A stretch of DNA of 64,000 nt from an uncultured Planctomycetaceae bacterium (lineage in GTDB: Bacteria; Planctomycetota; Planctomycetia; Pirellulales; PALSA-1355), in NCBI GenBank assembly GCA_963785305.1, contig CAWAUV010000001.1, forward strand, positions 1-64,000, given 5' to 3'. Below are positions 55,771 through 64,000 of this stretch, in pieces; position 1 is the first letter of the stretch; every line of letters starts with the position of its first letter. The position numbers and the translations under genes are program-made. The notes beneath the pieces were generated by a model. That model was given only the letters and a program-made list of their open reading frames with translations, did not search any database and was not told where the DNA came from.

Positions 55771-56109
55771 GATTTCGCACTTGCTTCCATTTCCGCGGGC
55801 GTCGAACGAATCGGCCTGTTTAATAAATTTCAACAGGCTGGAATGCGAGGGCTCGGCAGCGCGAATCGTCGCGACGGTCGCCCGATTGCGCCCGCGATTC
55901 TAGCGGATCGCGAGATGGTTTTTGAAGCGAGCCGCGCTTTTTGCGGCTCCTACCGCCGTTCGTCTCGACTTGTCAGAATCTCCTTAAACGGCCTAGAATA
56001 ACCGCGTTGCGCCTCGGGCTGCGGCTTTGTCCGAGGTCGCCGGCGCTGAGGCGCCCGCGGATTGTCCCCGCCCGCCTGGGTTTCCGACAGCACTAGAAGA
56101 ATCGTTCGC

Positions 56110-56811
56110 ATGCCTTCTCCCACCATGATCGCCGCTTATGTGGCCCTGTTTGTCGTCGCCGGCGCCGGCTTTTTGTTTTTCAATCTGCTGGTGGGGCATT
56201 TCCTGCGGCCACGAAGTCCGAACCGCGATAAGCTCGAAATCTATGAGTGCGGCGAACCGACGATCGGATCGAGCTTCGTTCAATTCGACTTGCGATTTTA
56301 TGTGGTGGCGCTTTTGTTCGTGGTCTTCGATGTCGAGGTGGCGCTCCTGTTTCCTTGGGCGGTGGTTTATGGCAAAGCGGTGCATTTGATGGACCCACGC
56401 GTGGCGATTTCGACCCCGGAAGCTCCCGCCGGAGCCGAGGCGCCGGCTGCAAGCGAATCGGCGATGTCCGGCCCGCTTTCGCCCGACGCCGCGGCGATCT
56501 TCGCTGAAATGGGCGTGCCGCGTCCCCAGAGCCAAGCGATCGACGGGCGACCGGCAGAGAACGCCGTGGCTGAGAATCATGTTCAGTCGCGATCGACCGG
56601 CGATCAAGTGTACTCTCTCGGCCGTTCGATCGCCGGCATGGCGCTCATCGACGGAGCGATTTTTTTCGCGGTGCTCGCCGTGGGATTCGCCTATGTTTGG
56701 AGTCGCGGCGACCTCGATTGGGTGCGAGCCAGCAGCCCGAGCTCGCTGCAATCGGCCGATGCCGAGTTGCCGAATCCCCGCCCCACCGACGAGCGCTCGC
56801 TGCTTGTGTGA
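56110..56811 (+). CDS. nuoA: NADH-quinone oxidoreductase subunit A with a long loop insertion
   Basis: KLEIYECGE, FYVVALLFVVFDVEVALLFPWA, GFAYVWSRGDLDW. Confidence 0.92.
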   Translation: MPSPTMIAAYVALFVVAGAGFLFFNLLVGHFLRPRSPNRDKLEIYECGEPTIGSSFVQFDLRFYVVALLFVVFDVEVALLFPWAVVYGKAVHLMDPRVAISTPEAPAGAEAPAASESAMSGPLSPDAAAIFAEMGVPRPQSQAIDGRPAENAVAENHVQSRSTGDQVYSLGRSIAGMALIDGAIFFAVLAVGFAYVWSRGDLDWVRASSPSSLQSADAELPNPRPTDERSLLV

Positions 56812-56886
56812 AGCGAGTCGTTCGAAAGGGGCGGCGGAGCACGAATTCATTTCCGATTCTTATCCGATTCACTTCCGCGAGACACG

Positions 56887-57417
56887 ATGAACGCCCAAGA
56901 GATTTTCGAGCGTCTGAAAACCATGTTCGGCGACGATCCGCTCCGCGTCGAAACCGACGCGATCGATCCCTGGATTGAGATTCGTCCGGGACGATTGCTC
57001 GATGTTTGCCAAGCCCTGCGTGACTCGACTGACCTCGAATTCGATTTCTTGAACTGCATTACCGCGGTCGATTATCTGGAAACCGATCCCAAGCGCGCGG
57101 CCAGGCCGAGTTTCGAGCCCCATCTGGAATTGGTCTATCATCTGTCGAGCATCGCGCGGCGGCATCGGTTGGTGCTCAAAGTGTCGCTGCCTCGCTGGAA
57201 GAACGACACGCCCGGAGTGCTGCCCGAGGTTGCCAGCGTGGCCGGACTCTGGCGAACGGCCGATTGGCATGAACGCGAGGTTCACGATCTCTCGGGCGTG
57301 TGGTTCGTCGGGCATCCCGACTTGCGGCGCATACTTTGTCCCGAGGATTGGGAAGGCCATCCACTGCGCAAGGACTATGAAATGCCGCTGGAATACCACG
57401 GCATTCGCGGCCGGTGA
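56887..57417 (+). CDS. nuoC: NADH-quinone oxidoreductase subunit C
   Basis: [34 protein letters not shown]. Confidence 0.93.
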   Translation: MNAQEIFERLKTMFGDDPLRVETDAIDPWIEIRPGRLLDVCQALRDSTDLEFDFLNCITAVDYLETDPKRAARPSFEPHLELVYHLSSIARRHRLVLKVSLPRWKNDTPGVLPEVASVAGLWRTADWHEREVHDLSGVWFVGHPDLRRILCPEDWEGHPLRKDYEMPLEYHGIRGR

Positions 57418-57505
57418 AAGCCGGCGAGAGGCAGCGTGTTTTCGGCGCTTGATTGCATGCGTTGCACGCGCAGGAATGTTTCGCGCACAGAAAGAAGAAA
57501 GCGCC

Positions 57506-58728
57506 ATGTCTGCTACTGCCGGAGTTAATCGGGTCGACGATCCGCGGATCATTGAATTCGACGTGCGCACCGATGAAATGCTGGTCAACATGGGCCCGCA
57601 GCATCCGAGCACGCACGGCGTGTTGCGACTGGTGCTGCGCACCGATGGTGAAATGGTCCATGAGATCACGCCGCATATCGGCTATTTGCATCGCTGCGCC
57701 GAGAAGATCGGCGAGAACCTCGCGCCCGGCAATTCATTCCGTATACCGACCGGATGGATTATCTAGCCGGCATGAACATGAACCTCGGCTGGGCGCTCAC
57801 GGTCGAAAAACTGATGAAGCTCGAACTGCCCGACAAAGCCCGGCACTTGCGGGTGATCATCGTCGAGCTCGGGCACATCGCCAGTCACTTGCTCGGCATG
57901 GGCGCCTTCGGACTCGACTTGGGTTCGTTCACTCCGTTTCTCTACGCGCTCCGCGAGCGGGAGAAAATTCTCGACCTCTTCGAGGAAGCCTGTGGCGCAC
58001 GGCTCACTTACAGCTATCTCACCGTGGGCGGGGCGACCGCCGATTTGCCGCCCGGCTGGCTCGACCGCTGCTCGGCGTTCTTGGATCGGTTCGTGCCGGT
58101 CGTGGCCGATTATCACACCCTGCTCACGACCAATTCGATTCTCATCCGCCGCACCGCGGGCAATGGAGTGCTCTCGGCCGCAATGGCTAAAAGCTACGGC
58201 TGCACGGGCCCGGTGCTTCGCGGCAGCGGAGTCGACTGGGACCTGCGCCGCGATGGCGAGCCCTACTACACGCGCCTGTACGACGGCTACCAGTTCGAGG
58301 TGATCGTGTCGCGAGGTGGCGAGTACCCGCGCGACCAGTTGTATCCGGCTGTGCCCGAGTCGGCCGTGCTGGGCGACTGCTGGCATCGCTTTTATGTGCG
58401 CATGCTGGAAGTCATGCAGTCGATCAGCTTGGTGCGTCAAGCGATGGAGCGGTACCGCTCGGCCACGGGCCACTGGGGCAAGCCGATCCGTATCTTGGAA
58501 AAGCTGCCCAAGGGCGAAGCGTATCTCGAAACCGAAGCCCCACGAGGGCAGATGGGTTTTTATGTGGTGAGCCTTGGCGGCGGGCCGATCCCCTGGCGGG
58601 TGCGCGCCCGCAGCAGTTGCTTCTCGAACCTGTCGGTGAGTCCGGAGCTATGCCGGGGATGCTTGGTTGCCGACGTGCCGGCGATCGTCGGCTCGCTGGA
58701 CATCATGCTCGGCGAAATCGACCGTTGA
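57506..58728 (+). CDS. nuoD: NADH-quinone oxidoreductase subunit D; frameshift near 57730
   Basis: [53 protein letters not shown]. Confidence 0.93.
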
Positions 58729-59093
58729 CGGCGCCCACGCGGGCCCGAGCGGCCAGCGTGGGGATTTGCTCGACGATTTCAGCGAACGAATTCCTTCGCT
58801 CGCGATTCAGGCTTGTGAGAGCAAATCTCGCGAATTTAGGCCGATCGCGGCGATATCGCTTGCATTCCCGGTCGACCCGGCCACCGCTCCTGAATCTGCT
58901 CGCGGCGGTTCAAATCCTGCATTACAATGCCTTCTCGGCGCCACTCGCTTTCATGGCATCGGTCCCCGGGGCGCCGCGTCGAGCGGTGCATGGGCAATTC
59001 GCGAGTCGCGCTGCCTGCCTACCTATCGAAAATCCCGTCGCATCGTTTTCCACTTCGGATTCCAATGGACTTTCATTGCGGGAGTAACGAGCA

Positions 59094-59600
59094 ATGACAC
59101 ACTGTAGCGCTTGCAATCACATGATTTTGTTTGGTGGCGTGAAGCGTCCTCAAGGCGTATTCTGCAGCGATCTTTGCGCCGAGGGCGCCGCCATGAAGCA
59201 GGTCGCAAGTTCGGTCGCGCCGACGGAAATCGACCGCCAAGTGCGCGATATTCATGAAGGCGCGTGTCCGAGATGCGGTGGCCCTGGACCGATCGATATC
59301 CATGTTTCGCATCGCGTGTATTCGGTGCTCGTCTTGACGCGATACAGCACCCATCCCATGCTCTGTTGCCAACATTGCGGTCGCGCCGCGAGGTATAAGA
59401 ATGCCCTGTTTTCGTCGGTTTTCGGCTGGTAGGGATTTCCCTTTGGCCTCTTGATCACGCCGGTGCAGGTAATCCGCAACCTGGGCAGCGCATTTGGATT
59501 GGGGCAACCCAAGCCCGAGACGCCCTCTCCGGCTCTCCGTAATTTAGTCGCGCTTCGGCTCGCCCAACGCCAACAACTCCCCGCCGAACCGCGGAATTAA
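59094..59600 (+). pseudogene. Cys-rich (Zn-ribbon) membrane protein interrupted by an in-frame TAG at 59430-59432
   Basis: Cys pairs CSAC, CSDLC, CPRC, CQHC. The frame continues past TAG as FGW*GFPFGLLITPVQVIRNL... to TAA 59600. Confidence 0.65.
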
Positions 59601-59630
59601 TCGCATGTTCGGCGGAATAGATGGGACGGT

Positions 59631-61396
59631 TTAGATCATATAGTACAGCGTCCCCTCCGCCGCGTTCGCCTCATTGCGGCGGGGGCAGTGGTCGCAGCGC
59701 GCCTCGCCGAGAAGTTCGTAGGCGTAGCGCAAGGCCGCCAGGGTCGAGGAGAAATTGGCGCCCGTCTCGTGGAACACTCGCTCGGGCGGGAGCCAGGCGT
59801 TGAAGCCCACCTTTTCCATCGCGCTGGCAAAGTCGGGCCGCACTCCGCAGAGCAGCGTCACCGCGTCGCGTCGGTTCATGTCCTGCAAGAAATGCTGCAA
59901 TCGCTCGAGACACGCCACATCCGGGTTGCGAGCCCGCTTTAGACGCAGCACCACCACGCTTGCTCCCTCGTCGACCCGGGCGCGAAGTTCGTCGAGGTAG
60001 CGATCGAGTTCCCAGGCAGCGCCGAAGAACAACTCGCCCTCGAAGTCGTAAATCACGAGCTGGCTGCATTGCGGATCGCTCGGCTGGCGCTCGCGCACGA
60101 ACCGCTGGGCGTCGACCACGAGCTCATCGGCCCGCAGCCGCGCCGCGCGGGGAATAAACAACACGATCGAGATCGCCGCGCCGATGAGTATCGAGTATTC
60201 CACTCCGAGCAGCACCGCCGAAAGCGCCGTGGCAAGCACCAGAATCGCGTCGTAGCGCGAGGCTCGCACCGCATAGCGCAAGCGAGCCCAGTCGACGAGG
60301 CCGGCGGCGGTGACCATCAGAATGCCCGCCAGCGCCGCCTTGGGAATAAAACGCGCCAGCGGCGCGAAGAGCAGCACCACCACCGCCACGGCCGCGGCCG
60401 CGAACACGCCCGACCAGCGTGTCGAGGCGCCGGCTTGAAAATTGATCGCCGAGCGGGTGAGCGAACCCGAGCCAGGCAGACATTGAAAGAAGCCGCCCGT
60501 CAGGTTGGCGATGCCTTCGGCCAAGCACTGGCGGTTGTAGTCGAGTGGCTCGCGGGTCCGATTCGAGATGCTCTTGGCGATCGTGAGCGCTTCAAGCAAG
60601 CCCAGCAGCGATACCGCCACGGCGCCGCCCGAGAGCTTGGCGGGCCAATCGGCATGAATTTCGGGCAGATGAAAGGCGGGCAAACCGGCGGGCGCCGCAG
60701 GCACGACCGGCAACAGGGCGCGGCCGTTTTCCTGGGGTCGCGTCCAATCCAGGCGCTGGCCACGAGCGAGACCATCACCAGCGTGAAGATCATGTCGAAT
60801 CGTGGCAGTCGATATTTGCGCAGTGATGCGCCGGGCGGCGATTATCAGCACAATCGTTCCCAGTCCCACGGCGAGCGCCGCGGCTTGATGGCGCCGCCGG
60901 TGGTCAGCGTCAGATACAAGCGATACAGCAAGTGCTGATGTCCGCCGCCTTTGTCCGAAATACCGAGCAGATTGCCGATCTGACTGAGCGCGATCAGCGT
61001 TCCGGCGCCGGCCATGAATCCCAGGACGACCGATTCGGAAATGTATCGCGTGAGATCCCCCAGCCGCATGAGAGCGATCACGATCTGAATCGCGCCGGAC
61101 AGGATCGCCAGGAGGCACATCGCCTCGAACGCCGACGGCCTTTGCTCGGGATCGAGAAACGAGAGCGCGCTGAAAACCACGAGCGAAATCGCGTTGGTCG
61201 GACCATTGATCAAATGGCTCGAGGAGCCAAAGATCGAGGCCACGGCCGTGACGACGATCGCCGAATATAAGCCATACCGCGGATCGACGCCGGCGATCAT
61301 GGCATAGGCCATCGCCTGCGGCACGGCGATCGCCGCCACCGTGGCGCCCGCGACCACGTCGCCATGAAACTGTTTCGAGGTATAGGCGAAGCGCAT
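59631..61396 (-). CDS. SulP-family anion transporter with STAS domain; at least two frameshifts
   Basis: GDVVAGATVAAIAVPQAMAYA, GPTNA, GSGSLTRS, EGELFFGAA, C-terminal CDHC. Confidence 0.9.
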
Positions 61397-61518
61397 GGTT
61401 GCAGGCGGTCCCCGGCTATTGGCGTGAGACGGGCTTTCGCCCGCGTTGGTTCGGTCGCCCGCTCGCCGCGGCAAGCGGGCCGGATTCTGGAAACAGGGTT
61501 TGGCGTCGGGAAAAAAAT

Positions 61519-62459
61519 TCACCGCTCGAGCGGCATGTGTTCGTCTCGGAGTCGGACTCTTTCGCCAAGCGATCGCGGCAAGCGCGGCATGGCGCCGCGA
61601 TGGCGGCACACTTCGGCGGCGACTTCATTGGCAAACGCGTTTTTCGCCTCGAGACTCCAGCCGGCGAAATGTCCGACGACAAGCGCCGCGGTAAATGCGT
61701 CGCCGGCGCCGATGCTATCGACCACATCGACCGCCGTTCCGGGGAAGTCGGCCACGCGGCCGTCGCCTTGGAGCAAGCTGCCGTGTTTGCCGCGAGTGAG
61801 CGCGACCCAGGTTAGTTCGAATCGCCGGGCCAGTTCGGTCAGTTGTTGAGCCGGGTCGCCGGTCAAGGAAAACATACGGCCGAGCACCGGCAGTTCGTCT
61901 TCGTTGACCTTAAGCGCCGTGGCCAGGGCAAGCGAGCTTTCGATTACTTCGCGAGTATGGAATTCTTGTCGCAGGTTGATGTCGAACACGCGCAGCGATG
62001 CGCGCGGCGCCGCGGCGACAAGCGATTGAACGGATCGCATCGCCACCGGCGAGCGCTGACCGAGCGTGCCGAAGCAGACCGCGTCGGCCCCGCGCGCGCG
62101 GCGAGCGCCTCGGGCGGGGCCGCGAGCTGGTCCCACGCCACGTCGGTATGAATGATAAAGCGATGCGTGGCGCCCTGGGCCGTCGCGCCGGCGGCGGGCG
62201 CGGCGTCGAATTCAACGGTCACGGTTCCGGTCGGCGCCGCGGGATCGATTTGCACCAACTCCACCGACAGACCACGCTCGGCCAAGAGCGACAGCGCGTC
62301 GCGTCCGGCGGAATCGGCGCCCACTCGCGAAATGAAGGCAACGTCGGCGCCAAGCTGCCCGGCGTGAAAGGCGAAATTGGCCGGCGCCCCGCCAAGCTGC
62401 CGCCCGCCGGGCAGTAAATCCCAGAGGGTTTCGCCGATCGCAACGACTTTAGGGGGCAT
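61519..62459 (-). CDS. PfkB-family carbohydrate kinase (fructokinase-like); frameshift near 62095
   Basis: GETLWD, GGAPANFA, FDINLR, KVNEDE, DSIGAGDAF. Confidence 0.92.
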
Positions 62460-62604
62460 GCGCGATTCCTGGACCGGAGCGGGCGAAGCGTGGTGGTGGT
62501 TTTTTTGGGCGGAGTGCGTGGCGAAGTTTCGCGGGCGATGGCGAACTGGAAAAACCCACGGGGCTGTATTATGTTAGGAATGTTCGCTCAACGCGCCTAT
62601 CTCT

Positions 62605-63030
62605 ATGTCCCCCCTGTGTCCCCGTCTGGAGCTCGCTTACTTGGGCAGTTCATCGACCGGTCCCGATTTTTCGCGCGGCGGCGGCATTTTGCCCGCCGTG
62701 GCGCAAGACGCCGAGACCGGCAAAGTGCTGATGCTCGCGTATATGAATCGCGAGAGCTATGAGGAAACCTTGGCCACGGGCCGGGCGGTGTACTTCAGCC
62801 GCAGCCGGCAAAAACTGTGGCGCAAGGGCGAGCAGAGTGGTAATTATCAAATGGTCGACGAGATTTTCGTCGATTGCGACGCCGACGCGATTCTGCTCAA
62901 AGTTCGGCAGTCCGGCGGCGCCGCCTGCCACAAAGGCTATGCCTCGTGTTTCTTCCGCCAAGTGGCCGATGGCGGTTTGAAAGTCATCGGGGAGCGAGTC
63001 TTCGATCCCAAGGCCGTTTACAAGAAATGA
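62605..63030 (+). CDS. hisI: Phosphoribosyl-AMP cyclohydrolase (start uncertain)
   Basis: [34 protein letters not shown]. Confidence 0.93.
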   Translation: MSPLCPRLELAYLGSSSTGPDFSRGGGILPAVAQDAETGKVLMLAYMNRESYEETLATGRAVYFSRSRQKLWRKGEQSGNYQMVDEIFVDCDADAILLKVRQSGGAACHKGYASCFFRQVADGGLKVIGERVFDPKAVYKK

Positions 63031-63159
63031 CGCTCGCCGCGAGTCGCCGCGCAAACAAAACTCCCGGTCGATCGATTCCAGGCGAATGAAGCCAGCCGAT
63101 GCGGAAAGTTCGCCACGCTGGTCGATGGTCTCTTTTTCAAGGATAGGAAGTCTTCTCGC

Positions 63160-63619
63160 ATGAGCGCCGACGATCGTTTCGCCGCCCTGGGTCTTTCGCT
63201 TCCGCCCGCGCCAAGCCGGTGGGAGTCTACAAGCCGACGCTCGTCGTCGGGTCGCTCCTCCACACCTCGGGTCATGGGCCGCTATTGCCCGATGGTTCGC
63301 TGATTTTGGGCAAAGTGGGCGACACGGCCGATGTGGCCCAAGGCTATGCGGCGGCGCGGCAAGTGGGGCTCGCGATTCTCGCCTCGCTCAAGGCGGAGCT
63401 CGGCTCGCTCGACCGCGTGCGGCGAGTGGTCAAGGTGTTTGGGCTCGTCAATTGCACGCCCGACTTTTATCAGCAGCCAGCCGTGCTCAATGGATGTAGC
63501 GAGCTGTTTCGCGATGTCTGGGGCGCCGACGCCGGCGTGGGCACGCGAGAGCGCCGTGGCGCGCCAGCTTGCCGCTCAACATGATGGTCGAAATCGAAGC
63601 GATCTTCGAGCTGGCGTAA
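63160..63619 (+). CDS. RidA/YjgF-family protein; frameshifts near 63220 and 63550
   Basis: LGLSLP, SGHGP, GKVG, LGSLDRV..VVKV, NGCSEL, LPLNMMVEIEAIFEL. Confidence 0.85.
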
Positions 63620-63687
63620 CACGGCGCGGCCGGCAGCGGAGCGGCCAAAACGCCTTGTGCTCGCCAGTTTTCTCGCCCTCCCCGCGT

Positions 63688-64000
63688 TCAATGGTCCTCT
63701 TCGTCGATCGGCTGCCAAGCGGCGTCGATCGTGTCCAGTTCCGCGGACGCCTCGAGCTCTGACATGGGAATGAAATAGTGGCCGCCCAAGGCGTCGACAC
63801 GCTTGGTGATCGAGCGCGCCTCGGAAATCGATTCGTGCGGCCCACGAATGTAAAACGGCTTGCCGTCCTTGCCGAACTGGAATTCGGCCAGGGAGAGAGA
63901 CGGATCAATGCCTTCGAGCAGAAGCCGCGCGGCGCGAAAATCGGGGTGCGGCGCGAAACCGAGCGACTGACCGTAGTCGACCGCAAGATGCACGAGCTTC
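63688..64000 (-). CDS. Hypothetical protein, C-terminal part; start lies beyond the window
   Basis: Protein-like frame AVDYGQSLGFAPHPDF..FQFGKDGKPFYIRGPHE with an acidic tail. Confidence 0.7.
   Translation of the reverse strand, partial: KLVHLAVDYGQSLGFAPHPDFRAARLLLEGIDPSLSLAEFQFGKDGKPFYIRGPHESISEARSITKRVDALGGHYFIPMSELEASAELDTIDAAWQPIDEEDH

Noticed and set aside
57506..58728. Group 4 NiFe-hydrogenase large subunit
   Set aside because: It lacks both Ni-binding CxxC motifs and ends in the complex I-type GEIDR.
58729..59093. Structured RNA or hidden nuo gene after nuoD
   Set aside because: Only short GC palindromes are present, with no ORF resembling a Nuo subunit and no recognisable RNA family.

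Overview
This is a 64 kb GC-rich bacterial chromosomal window, most likely from a planctomycete (Pirellulales-like). The taxonomy is inferred from gene content, not from a marker search. About 20 genes, including uvrD/rep, nuoD and kdpD, are split by apparent single-base indels, which points to an unpolished long-read assembly rather than real decay. Split genes are reported as single CDSs with approximate junctions. Content from left to right: a lambda-type phage portal gene with no terminase beside it, an NlpI-like TPR protein, a CzcA/CzcB-type RND pair, RNase P RNA, an orphan RHH/HicB-like regulator, a flavin reductase, a membrane Ser/Thr kinase, a small cytochrome c, a KimA-like transporter, ruvB, a UvrD/Rep helicase, tRNA-Ile2(CAT), a DcuC-like transporter, an ABC ATPase with a large partner protein, an HD-GYP protein, mqnA, an SDR, a Gly/Tyr-rich secreted protein, scpA and several hypotheticals. 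These are followed by a 10 kb five-gene ATP-grasp / alpha-E / transglutaminase peptide-ligase operon with a candidate sigma-54 promoter, then alkaline phosphatase, a DUF1080 protein, an orphan kdpD, a nuoA-nuoC-nuoD fragment without nuoB, SulP, PfkB, hisI and RidA. No CRISPR array, rRNA, integrase or transposase was seen. The best leads are the isolated portal gene, the peptide-ligase operon, a shared 15-bp GNG-repeat linker in two unrelated genes, and a c-di-AMP-like motif in KdpD.
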